A stretch of DNA of 64,000 bases from Saprospiraceae bacterium. Its GTDB lineage: Bacteria > Bacteroidota > Bacteroidia > Chitinophagales > Saprospiraceae. Location: NCBI GenBank assembly GCA_021298575.1, contig JAJTFM010000013.1, positions 5,291-69,290 on the forward strand. Reading direction: 5' to 3'. Shown here in pieces: positions 49,665 to 58,438 of this stretch (positions are counted from its first letter, which is position 1; each line of letters opens with the position of its first letter). Position numbers and translations under genes: made by a program. The notes beneath the pieces are model-generated. The model was not told the DNA's origin, ran no database searches, and saw only the letters and a list, made by a program, of their open reading frames with translations.

Positions 49665-51608
49665 ATGTACGACATTTTACAGCTGAACGACAAACTCGTC
49701 AGCGAACTTAAGGAGATAGCCCAGCGCGTTGGCGTAAAGGGTTACAACAAGATGAACAAACAGGAGCTCGTTTATAAGATTCTCGACGAGCAGGCTCTTG
49801 CCGAAAAAAACTCCTCCAACCAGGATGTCCCGGTTGTTGATGAGCCAAATCCGCAGACTGGCCGCAGGCCGCGCAAAGTAGTCAGAATGGGTGCTGACAA
49901 CGTGGAAAAGCCCATAGAACCAACCGAAGAGGAAGCTCCCAAACAGGAAAATCCGGCTCTCAGAAAAGGGCGACCACTCGATGACAGACGCCCCGGCAGG
50001 CCCAATGAGCGCCCTGTGCGAGAGAATCGCCCCCCCGTGCAGGAATCAGAGAACAAACAGGCCCCGTCTTCAGAGCAGCCCGAGCAACCGCGTGGCAGGG
50101 ATCCGCAGCTTCCACCGCGGAATCGCCCGCAGCCATCGCAACAACCGCAACAACCCCGCGACCCCAAAAGTAATTTCCAGCAGGAGCGCCGTCGTGAGTG
50201 GGAGGACCGCAAGAACAGAAACCGTTGGGAGGAGCGCAGAAACAGGAGAGATCAGCGTCCGGGTGCACCCGGACTGTTCGACCCGGAAGCAGCCAAACTC
50301 AACAATATGGAAGAGGAGGACTTCTCCGGTCAGGCCCAGAATGGTGATGACGAGGATGAAATCATCGTCACACGGCCAGTTCAGCAGGTGCGCTCCGAAT
50401 CGCCCGAAACAAGGCAGGAAACAATCCGCTCTGAGCAGGAGCCGGAAGTAATGCCCCAGATCCCCAAAGAGCGTTTTGATGTGGAGCTGGATGGAATTAT
50501 TGAGGGCCTGGGCACACTTGAAATGATGCCCGACGGTTACGGATTTCTCCGGTCATCTGACTATAACTACCAGACCAGCCCCGATGATATCTATGTATCA
50601 CCCTCACAAATCAAGTTGTTCGGACTTAAAACAGGTGATACCGTAAAGGGTGCCATCCGCCCGCCCAAGGAAGGCGAGAAGTACTTTGCCCTTTTGAAGG
50701 TAAGTCATATCAATGGTATGCAACCTAAAGATGTGCGAGACCGGGTTCCTTTCGACTATCTCACGCCTCTCTTCCCTACACAGAAATTCAGTCTGCTGAC
50801 AAGTGCCACCGGACGTGATTTTGGCAACCGGATTATTGACCTTTTCACGCCCATAGGCAAAGGACAGCGCGGATTGATTGTGGCGCAGCCCAAAACCGGC
50901 AAAACTTTCCTGCTCAAGGATATTGCCAACGCTATTACCAAGAATCACCCGGAATGCTATGTGATTATCCTGCTCATTGACGAGCGGCCGGAAGAGGTAA
51001 CTGATATGCGACGCAGCGTACGCGCCGAGGTGGTGGCGTCCACTTTTGACGAAGCCGCCGATAACCACGTTCGTCTGGCCAATATTGTACTGGAAAAATC
51101 AAAACGTATGGTTGAGTGCGGGCACCACGTTGTGATCCTGCTCGATTCCATCACGCGCATGGCGCGCGCCTACAACACGGTAGCTCCCGCCTCGGGCAAG
51201 GTACTCTCCGGTGGTGTGGAAGCAACTGCACTACAGAAACCAAAGAAATTCTTCGGAGCAGCCCGTGCCATCGAAAACGGAGGATCCCTGACAATTCTTG
51301 CCACGGCACTGATTGACACAGGTTCCAAAATGGATCAGGTAATTTTTGAAGAGTTCAAGGGAACCGGCAACATGGAACTTCAGCTCGACCGCAACCTGGC
51401 CAACCGCAGGCTGTATCCGTCTATTGACCTCACCAAGTCAAGTACCCGCCGTGAAGATCTGCTGCTTGACAAGGATACCCTGCAGCGTATGTTTATACTC
51501 CGTAATCACCTGGCAGACATGAAGCCGGAAGAAGCAATGGAGTTTATGAAAAAGCACATGATGCATACCTCCAGCAACGAAGAGTTCCTGGAGTCTATGA
51601 ACAGATAA
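49665..51608 (+). CDS. rho: Transcription termination factor Rho with a long disordered N-terminal insertion
   Basis: Start trimmed to [19 protein letters not shown] (Rho N-terminal helix bundle). R/Q/P/E-rich insertion of ~225 aa. CSD-like segment (GYGFLR), Walker A (AQPKTGKT) and C-terminal RecA-like domain. Confidence 0.93.
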   Translation: MYDILQLNDKLVSELKEIAQRVGVKGYNKMNKQELVYKILDEQALAEKNSSNQDVPVVDEPNPQTGRRPRKVVRMGADNVEKPIEPTEEEAPKQENPALRKGRPLDDRRPGRPNERPVRENRPPVQESENKQAPSSEQPEQPRGRDPQLPPRNRPQPSQQPQQPRDPKSNFQQERRREWEDRKNRNRWEERRNRRDQRPGAPGLFDPEAAKLNNMEEEDFSGQAQNGDDEDEIIVTRPVQQVRSESPETRQETIRSEQEPEVMPQIPKERFDVELDGIIEGLGTLEMMPDGYGFLRSSDYNYQTSPDDIYVSPSQIKLFGLKTGDTVKGAIRPPKEGEKYFALLKVSHINGMQPKDVRDRVPFDYLTPLFPTQKFSLLTSATGRDFGNRIIDLFTPIGKGQRGLIVAQPKTGKTFLLKDIANAITKNHPECYVIILLIDERPEEVTDMRRSVRAEVVASTFDEAADNHVRLANIVLEKSKRMVECGHHVVILLDSITRMARAYNTVAPASGKVLSGGVEATALQKPKKFFGAARAIENGGSLTILATALIDTGSKMDQVIFEEFKGTGNMELQLDRNLANRRLYPSIDLTKSSTRREDLLLDKDTLQRMFILRNHLADMKPEEAMEFMKKHMMHTSSNEEFLESMNR

Positions 51609-52235
51609 TCAATTATGATTGAAGCGTTTCCGGGGAAAATGAGCGGGTTTAGTCCTGTAGTTTTCTCCGGAAGCGTCTGATTTCTCCCTGATTTCCTCAA
51701 CAGCGAGCATACCCTGCCGGTTTACGCAACCAGCGTTGCTTTGCAGGCGATCCAGTTCCCTTTCAATATCCATCAGGGCTGACTCAATATTGACAAGCGG
51801 CCGATGGATGACCATCCTGACGATACCTTCCGGGTCAATGATAACAGCCAGACGATCAAGCCCGGGCTGCGGTCTGCGCCCTGACGCGATTCCGTACATT
51901 TTTGAGATGGTAAAGTCGAGATCCTCAATTACAGGCGCTTTAAGGTAGATACCTACGAAACGACGGGCCTTGTCGGACCAGTCGCTGTTGTGTCTGAGCA
52001 CCTCGTTGGTAATTCCCAGAACTTTGGTATTCCGCTCATTGAGCCACCTCTCCTTCATGGCAAGAAAGGCGGAGAACATCGTCCAGGCAGAGGTAAAGTT
52101 GGCTGGATGGGCAAAAAGTATACACCATCCACCTTCACTATATTCGGGGAAACGAACACTGCCACGAGAAGTTTCAACCTCGAAGACAGGCGCTTTATCT
52201 CCAACATGCGGCAAATCAGGAATATGCGCAGACAT
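51609..52235 (-). CDS. Peroxiredoxin-fold (Prx6/1-Cys-like) protein lacking the peroxidatic cysteine
   Basis: 208 aa aligning to 1-Cys Prx (GDKAPVFEVETS..., WCILFAHPANFT, AVIIDPEG). The PxxxTxxC position reads P-A-N-F-T-S-A-W (TGG codon, complement at 52083-52085). Confidence 0.75.
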   Translation of the reverse strand: MSAHIPDLPHVGDKAPVFEVETSRGSVRFPEYSEGGWCILFAHPANFTSAWTMFSAFLAMKERWLNERNTKVLGITNEVLRHNSDWSDKARRFVGIYLKAPVIEDLDFTISKMYGIASGRRPQPGLDRLAVIIDPEGIVRMVIHRPLVNIESALMDIERELDRLQSNAGCVNRQGMLAVEEIREKSDASGENYRTKPAHFPRKRFNHN

Positions 52236-52332
52236 TTTTGCTGTATTTTAATACAAAGGTATGCAGTTGTTACATAAACGCACATTTTTCCTGTTTGTGC
52301 ATGGAATATGTTTTTTTAAGCTATTGTCAATA

Positions 52333-53037
52333 TCAAAGATCACCCAGCTGTGGTCTAAGTAAAAGTTCCTCTGCCACAGCCACTCCGGGAAGGCTGTAAC
52401 ACGCCCATACAGCACTGGCAACATCGGAAGAGGCCATGATACGTCCGGCAGGGAGTTCAACACCATTCCACGCATCCGACCATGTATTTCCGGGCAAAAG
52501 AGAGGTCACTCTGACACCCTGATGCTTCAGTTCTTCCCTCAGGCAGCGAGAGAAACCGAGCATGGCGAACTTGGTGATACTGTACAGACTTGATCCATGA
52601 TAAGGCATCTGGCTGGCGATACTGCACATATTGAATATATGTCCGGCCTTGCGAGCAACAAAAGATGGCAATAATACCCGTGTAAGGTGGTATGCACCGT
52701 AAAGATTGAGATTCATGAGGTTTTCGAGTGCTCCGGGCTCTCCGTTTGTGATAAGACCGGGTTCATACAGCCCGGCGTTATTCACAAGTACGTCTGTTCC
52801 TCCCCAATTTTTCAGAATAAAAGCTCCAAACTCATTTGTCTGGCTGTTATCGCTCAGGTCGGCCTGAAAAACCAGAAACTCCAGACCGGGGAAAGTGGAG
52901 GCCCAGTATTCGCTCATCTGATTCAGATCCTCGCCCGTTCGTGCGCATACACATACGCGGAAATTATTTTTTGCAAATATTTCGGCAATGGCGCGGCCAA
53001 TACCTTTGGTTGCTCCTGTTACGACAACTCTCTTCAT
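52333..53037 (-). CDS. Short-chain dehydrogenase/reductase (SDR)
   Basis: 234 aa. TGATKGIGRAIA cofactor motif, NNAG, and a YxxxK-type site (YSITK). Confidence 0.88.
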   Translation of the reverse strand: MKRVVVTGATKGIGRAIAEIFAKNNFRVCVCARTGEDLNQMSEYWASTFPGLEFLVFQADLSDNSQTNEFGAFILKNWGGTDVLVNNAGLYEPGLITNGEPGALENLMNLNLYGAYHLTRVLLPSFVARKAGHIFNMCSIASQMPYHGSSLYSITKFAMLGFSRCLREELKHQGVRVTSLLPGNTWSDAWNGVELPAGRIMASSDVASAVWACYSLPGVAVAEELLLRPQLGDL

Positions 53038-53114
53038 GTGCCGGGGAATATTTTTGTGAATAAACGAATGAATTAACCGACTTTTGCGTTTTAAACACCC
53101 GAACCGAAAGAAGT

Positions 53115-53876
53115 ATGATCAAGGCACTTCAAAAATACAATTATTTGCATGATCTGGGTGAATACCTGATCATGATGAAGCACGCACTGGCGCGTCCGGA
53201 AAAATTTTCCATGTACTGGAAAGAGACCGCCCGGCAGATGAACGACATAGGAGTGGGCTCACTTCTGATTGTTTGCCTTATTTCTGTTTTCATCGGGGCC
53301 GTTGCTGCACTTCAGTTCGCTTATCAGCTCGACGGGCAGCTCATTCCGCGGTACTACATCGGGTATATCGTGCGTGACCTGGCACTAATCGAGTTGTCGC
53401 CTACCATCACCTGCCTCGTTCTGGCAGGAAAGGTTGGTTCCAATATGTCGGCTGAAATTGGTGGTATGCGCCAGAAGGAGCATATTGACGCCATGGAAGT
53501 AATGGGGGTCAACACCGCTTCATTCCTGATAACACCCAAACTGGTAGCAGCACTGGTGGTAGTTCCGCTTTTGGTAACTTTTTCAGCCTTTGTGGCGGTT
53601 ATAGGAGGCTATCTGTCGAGTGTACCGACCGGTCTTATCACCGATGATGAGTATATCCGCGGTTTGAGATCCTTCTTCGTACCATACAACGTATTTATGA
53701 TGTACGTCAAGTCCTTTGTATTTGCGTACATACTCACCACTGTCTCCTGTTATCAGGGTTATCATGTGAAGGGGGGCAGCGTCGAACTCGGTCATGCGAG
53801 TACGCGCGCGGTGGTTTTCAGCGATATCTTCATCCTGCTTGCCGATTATCTGATTGCGGCACTTCTCAACGGATAA
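53115..53876 (+). CDS. mlaE: MlaE-family ABC transporter permease
   Basis: 253 aa. GVGSLLIV..., ELSPTITCLVLAGKVGSNMSAEIGGMR and EHIDAMEVMGVN motifs. Confidence 0.85.
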   Translation: MIKALQKYNYLHDLGEYLIMMKHALARPEKFSMYWKETARQMNDIGVGSLLIVCLISVFIGAVAALQFAYQLDGQLIPRYYIGYIVRDLALIELSPTITCLVLAGKVGSNMSAEIGGMRQKEHIDAMEVMGVNTASFLITPKLVAALVVVPLLVTFSAFVAVIGGYLSSVPTGLITDDEYIRGLRSFFVPYNVFMMYVKSFVFAYILTTVSCYQGYHVKGGSVELGHASTRAVVFSDIFILLADYLIAALLNG

Positions 53877-53888
53877 GATTTTTGGCGA

Positions 53889-53905
53889 TTGTTCAGGATT
53901 TTCTG
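53889..53905 (+). repeat. Degenerate MITE TIR-like remnant
   Basis: TTGTTCAGGATTTTCTG matches TIR positions 7-21 plus the adjoining core base (17 nt) with one mismatch, 13 nt after the mlaE stop. Confidence 0.3.
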
Positions 53906-53915
53906 ACGATAGCGA

Positions 53916-55367
53916 TCAGAACCAGTAACTGGCAGCGGCTGTGAAGGCCAGTGTAGTCTGTCCGGGCAAATTGCCGCCGCGGAAATTGTCTCTTCTGGGG
54001 AAATCGCCTGTGATAACCGGGAATGCCGCCACACTGAGTTTCTCGGAAACTCTGTACTCTGCTCCCAGGGCAATCTGATAGCCTGGAAAGAACCTGCGCG
54101 GTCTGTGAAACTCCACCGTATAAGCGTTATTGTTCTGTAACTGCAATTCCGGATTGTCCAGTTGGTAAGCTGTAACTTCAAAGTTGTTGCTGATCATATA
54201 ATTACCAACAATACCGGCTCTGACGACGCCGAGCATACGGCCCTCTCCGATTCTGCCTGCGACTGTCAGCGGTACCTGGAGTACCTGTACGTTCTCATTG
54301 CTTCTGATTACAGCCTCAATCCTCTCGTTTTCATCAGGAATATTACTCCCCACCACATCGGCCCTGAGTGTAACCGAGGCCGAACCTCCGTAAGTATTCA
54401 AATCGTACTGAAAACTTCTGGCTTGCTGATGGTGCGTACCACCTGTCGGTATCATTTGCCCTTCCCTGAATTCGAAGCGCGGTTTGTGGATGGTTTCTCT
54501 CTTCATTTCCTGATAAGAAATTCCACTTTCAACTGTAATTTTCCTGTTGAGAGCACGTCCGAGACGGAGAGAAAACGAGGTAGTGGTTTCAGGCATTTCA
54601 CTGCGACTGGCAAACACCGGACCGTGACCACCGGGGTGAGAGGGCCTCTGCCGTTCTTTAATCCTCCCGGGAGCGATACCTACGAGTACATACCACTTTC
54701 TGCCGCCCCCGACCGGTTTGATTGTCGGAGTGGCGGCAGAAGGGATTGAAACAGGGTTTGATGTTTTCAGCATTGCCGGCACTGCTGCGGGCAAGAGTGA
54801 AAAGTCGGTAACATCGCTGACTTGCCGATTAAAAACTTGCTGTACAGTTTTACCGTCTTCCTGAGGAAGAGAAACCTGATTGATAGCCAATCCACCGACG
54901 GAATTATCGGCAACCATACCGGAAATTTGAGATGCGTTATTTGTTGTATTGATTTTTTGAACCGACGAGGCGGTAGAGCGGGTGGAACTGCCTCCGGAGT
55001 TTTCTGCAGAAATTGTATTATTTGACGGAATTTCCCGGACTTCCGACACATCTGTGACGGACAAAGCTGCCGACGAAGACTGTTTATTACTACTGGCCGT
55101 CTGATTTTGTGCAGCTATGGAGCGTAACTGCTGTTCGTAATAAGACTGAACGAGCAACAGTCGGCATGCCAGCAACATAATAACAGATGCAGCGGCAATC
55201 TGCCATTTATATTGGTACAGAAATACAAGAGGGCGCCTGACAGGCTCCTGTGTGGGAAGCACCTCCTCGATACGGTTCCACATATCGCCGGGCGGTATTT
55301 CTTCATAATCTTCGAAAGATTTTTTTACGTAATCCTCGAGTCGGTCGTTGTACAAATCTTTTTCCAT
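53916..55367 (-). CDS. Anti-sigma-like membrane protein with a C-terminal outer-membrane beta-barrel-like domain
   Basis: 483 aa, starting 6 nt downstream of the ECF sigma gene. Acidic N-terminal segment, one TM helix (WQIAAASVIMLLACRLLLV), S/T/N-rich linker, alternating beta-strand pattern, and terminal ...AAASYWF. Confidence 0.65.
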   Translation of the reverse strand: MEKDLYNDRLEDYVKKSFEDYEEIPPGDMWNRIEEVLPTQEPVRRPLVFLYQYKWQIAAASVIMLLACRLLLVQSYYEQQLRSIAAQNQTASSNKQSSSAALSVTDVSEVREIPSNNTISAENSGGSSTRSTASSVQKINTTNNASQISGMVADNSVGGLAINQVSLPQEDGKTVQQVFNRQVSDVTDFSLLPAAVPAMLKTSNPVSIPSAATPTIKPVGGGRKWYVLVGIAPGRIKERQRPSHPGGHGPVFASRSEMPETTTSFSLRLGRALNRKITVESGISYQEMKRETIHKPRFEFREGQMIPTGGTHHQQARSFQYDLNTYGGSASVTLRADVVGSNIPDENERIEAVIRSNENVQVLQVPLTVAGRIGEGRMLGVVRAGIVGNYMISNNFEVTAYQLDNPELQLQNNNAYTVEFHRPRRFFPGYQIALGAEYRVSEKLSVAAFPVITGDFPRRDNFRGGNLPGQTTLAFTAAASYWF

Positions 55368-55373
55368 AGCAGT

Positions 55374-55904
55374 TCAGGTCGTTAAACTCGCCTCCAGCAG
55401 AGAGCGGAAATATGCCTTGGCTCTCAGCAGTTGCGATTTGGAGGTTCCTACAGAAATGTTCAGAATTTCGGCTATTTCGGGGTGTGAGTAGCCTTCCAGC
55501 ACATAAAGGTTAAAAACTGTTCTGAAACCGGTTGGCAGTTGCTGTAGCACTTTTATCAGATTTCTGGCGGGTAGTTCCTCTCCAAAGAAAGGAGAGTCAT
55601 CGGTTGCCACATCATACGAACCGAGTTCGACGATAACGGGGCCCCGGCGTTGTTTCTGGAGGTACTGAAGGGCCGTATTTACAAAGACCTTCCTTACCCA
55701 TCCTTCAAAGTTGCCCGCCCCCGAATACTGGTGCAGGTCGCGGAAAACCCTGACGAAACCCTCCTGAAGCATATCTTCAGCGTCTTCGCGGGTAGAGGCA
55801 TAGCGGAGGCACAAGGCAAACATCTTGCCCCTGAAGCGATCAAAGAACGCTTTTTGTGCCCGGCGGTCGCCCCGGATACACGCTTTAAGTTCGGTTTCCG
55901 TCAT
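55374..55904 (-). CDS. ECF-type RNA polymerase sigma factor
   Basis: 176 aa. Region 2 (AEDMLQEGFVRVFRDL, GWVRKVFVNTAL) and region 4 (FRTVFNLYVLEGYSHPEIAEILNISVGTSKSQL). Confidence 0.9.
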   Translation of the reverse strand: MTETELKACIRGDRRAQKAFFDRFRGKMFALCLRYASTREDAEDMLQEGFVRVFRDLHQYSGAGNFEGWVRKVFVNTALQYLQKQRRGPVIVELGSYDVATDDSPFFGEELPARNLIKVLQQLPTGFRTVFNLYVLEGYSHPEIAEILNISVGTSKSQLLRAKAYFRSLLEASLTT

Positions 55905-56100
55905 GCAGAATATGACATTTCAGTACAATGGTTACCATGAATCAGCGGGGGTTGCACGGATGCAGAAATATATTTTTTTATTTTTTCATATGCAACCATT
56001 GATTCCACAAGCCACCTAATACAGAAAACCAGAAAAAATCAGACAGGCTTTCCGGAAACTGCCCGTTATCCCGATTTTAAACTATTCAAATCATCACACC

Positions 56101-56871
56101 ATGAAAAAGACACTCAGATTTCTTTTTGTACCGGCAGTTGCCCTCATCGTGACCATGGCGGCCTGTACAAAAGACGGTATTGTGGCCACAGTAGCAGAAG
56201 CCATTGACCAGGCACTTTACTCCGTTCAGAAGCGCGGAGGCGTTGGAAAGTACGGATGTTACGAACTTGTATTTCCGGTAACCGTTCAGCTCCCCGACAG
56301 TACCACTGCAACAGTTAATTCATACGAGGAACTCAAGCAGGTTCTCGGCCAGTACTTTACCAGTAATGGTACTGGCGGACCGGCAACGGGAGGGAACCAT
56401 CCGGGCGGTCACGGTCATCACGGAGGTGGCAATCACAACAGCCCTGGCTTTTTCGGGGATCCGGGACAACCTGGTCACCCATTCCATGTCCGGTTTGTTT
56501 TCCCGATTTCTGTACTGAATCAGGACGGAGAAATCGTGACCGTCGAGAATGAGCAGCAACTATACGAATTGCGTGAAGCCTGCGCAGGAACATTTGGCAA
56601 TCACGGCCCGACGGGACATGGAGACCATGGACTGTCATGCTTCAGGATAGTATTTCCGATTACCGTGGCATTCCCGGACAGTACCACTGCTCAGGCTACA
56701 GACCAGCAAAATCTGCGTCAGCTGGTTCGTGAATGGCGCCAGAACAACCCTGGTGTACATGCCCGTCCGGAAATTGTATTTCCCATCACTGTCACTATGA
56801 CTACTGACAGTACACAGGTTATCCTGAACAGCCGCGAGGAACTTCGCGCGCTGAAGGAGAGTTGCGAATAA
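56101..56871 (+). CDS. Lipoprotein with four copies of a ~35-aa (I/L/F)VFP(I/V)(T/S)V repeat and Gly/His-rich linkers
   Basis: 256 aa with lipobox TMAAC. Repeats start at YELVFPVTV, VRFVFPISV, FRIVFPITV and PEIVFPITV. Linkers are GGNHPGGHGHHGGGNHNSPG and GNHGPTGHGDHG. Confidence 0.7.
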   Translation: MKKTLRFLFVPAVALIVTMAACTKDGIVATVAEAIDQALYSVQKRGGVGKYGCYELVFPVTVQLPDSTTATVNSYEELKQVLGQYFTSNGTGGPATGGNHPGGHGHHGGGNHNSPGFFGDPGQPGHPFHVRFVFPISVLNQDGEIVTVENEQQLYELREACAGTFGNHGPTGHGDHGLSCFRIVFPITVAFPDSTTAQATDQQNLRQLVREWRQNNPGVHARPEIVFPITVTMTTDSTQVILNSREELRALKESCE

Positions 56872-56995
56872 ACAACGATTTCATGGTTGGCGCCTCAGCT
56901 CATGCACCGGTTTGGCAGGGAGTCAGCCTGAGAGGTATCGAAAAAGATCGTACCTTGCACCCGAAGAGCTGATCATCCTGGTACCGGACACATAC

Positions 56996-57041
56996 GCCCC
57001 GTGTGATTTGCTCTACCGAGCGCCACACGGGGCTCTTTTTA
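56996..57041 (+). terminator. Rho-independent terminator downstream of the repeat lipoprotein gene
   Basis: 10-bp perfect stem GCCCCGTGTG/CACACGGGGC (56996-57005 / 57024-57033), followed by TCTTTTT. Confidence 0.7.
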
Positions 57042-57079
57042 TCCCGAAAGCCTGTTTTTCTACATTCACGGTTCATTTC

Positions 57080-58438
57080 ATGAGAAGCACCTGCACCCTA
57101 CTGTCCTTGTTAATATCTCTACTAATCATTGCCATATCTTGCTCAAGGACTCAGCCGGATCCGGTTGATACGCCGGCGGTCAGGTACCCGGTTGGTTTAT
57201 GGGTTACCTCTTCCGACCAGACCAATCTGCTTTACAACAGGACACTGCCATTTTCATCTGCAGAGGACAATCGGTTCCCCACCATTACTGTTGATACAAC
57301 ACAAATATTCCAGCCGATAGACGGATTTGGCTATACACTCACCGGTGGCAGTGCCGGGCTCATACACCAGCTCGCGCCTGCTACGCGCGCGCAATTACTG
57401 GAAGAGCTATTCGGAAATGATGACAACTCAGTGAAAATAAGCTATCTGAGAATAAGTATAGGAGCTTCCGACCTTGATTCCGAGGTATTCAGCTACAATG
57501 ATTTACCTGCTGACGAGACAGACATCAATCTCGATCAGTTCAGTTTGTCCAGAGACACTGTTCATCTGATTCCGGTACTGAAGGAGATACTGGCTATCAG
57601 GCCAGATCTTAAAATTATGGGCTCCCCATGGAGTCCGCCCGTATGGATGAAAAGCAATGGCAGCAGCGTGGGAGGCTATCTGAAGCCCGAATATTATGGT
57701 GTTTATGCGCGTTATATTGCCCGTTATATACAGGCTATGAAAGCGCAGGGGATACATATTGAAGCTATCACCCCTCAGAATGAACCCCAGCACGGAGGCA
57801 ACAATCCGAGTCTGGTGATGTCGGCATCCCAGCAGGCAGTTTTTATAAAGAACCACCTGGGACCTGTATTCAAGGCAGACGGCATAGATACTAAAATTAT
57901 CATCTGGGACCATAACTGCGACCGACCCGATTTCCCGCTCGGTGTGCTAAGCGATCCGGGAGCCCGTGAATACGCTGACGGGACAGCCTTTCACCTTTAT
58001 GCGGGCGATGAAAGCGCCATGTCGGTGATACACGACGCATATCCGGATAAAAATCTCATTATAGGTACGACGCGCAACTGGAGCCGTATAGCGCTGGAAT
58101 GGAATCTGGCCGCCGACCCGAACTACGATCCGCACACACCCGGGGGCTGTACCCTTTGTCAGGGAGCGCTAACCATCAGCGGACAGACGATAAGCAGAAA
58201 TGTAAGTTACTATATCATAGCACACGCAGCAAAATTTGTGCCGCCCGGTTCTGTTCGAATAGCCAGCACCCTGCTGACAGAGGTGCAGAATGTTGCATTC
58301 AGGACACCTGATGGCAAAAAAGTACTGATAGCTATGAATGAGGGGGGGCAGCCGCAGTCTTTCAACATCAGCTCCGGTGGTAAATGGATTACGGCCACCC
58401 TGAATCCGGGCAGCGCAGGCACCTTTGTGTGGGAGTAA
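57080..58438 (+). CDS. Glycoside hydrolase family 30 (glucosylceramidase / beta-1,6-glucanase-like), apparently lacking the nucleophile segment
   Basis: Start trimmed to MRSTCTLLSLLISLLIIAISC, because a terminator lies inside the listed N-terminal extension. GH30 motifs: GFGYTLTGGSA, YLRISIGASD, GSPWSPPVWMK, and the acid/base motif PQNEPQH. The sequence then jumps YPDKNL-IIGTTRNWS...EWNLAAD. Confidence 0.8.
   Translation: MRSTCTLLSLLISLLIIAISCSRTQPDPVDTPAVRYPVGLWVTSSDQTNLLYNRTLPFSSAEDNRFPTITVDTTQIFQPIDGFGYTLTGGSAGLIHQLAPATRAQLLEELFGNDDNSVKISYLRISIGASDLDSEVFSYNDLPADETDINLDQFSLSRDTVHLIPVLKEILAIRPDLKIMGSPWSPPVWMKSNGSSVGGYLKPEYYGVYARYIARYIQAMKAQGIHIEAITPQNEPQHGGNNPSLVMSASQQAVFIKNHLGPVFKADGIDTKIIIWDHNCDRPDFPLGVLSDPGAREYADGTAFHLYAGDESAMSVIHDAYPDKNLIIGTTRNWSRIALEWNLAADPNYDPHTPGGCTLCQGALTISGQTISRNVSYYIIAHAAKFVPPGSVRIASTLLTEVQNVAFRTPDGKKVLIAMNEGGQPQSFNISSGGKWITATLNPGSAGTFVWE

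Noticed and set aside
56912-57079. N-terminal 56-aa extension of the GH30 ORF as listed
   Set aside because: A strong intrinsic terminator (56996-57041) lies inside it, and a canonical signal peptide begins at M57 (57080).
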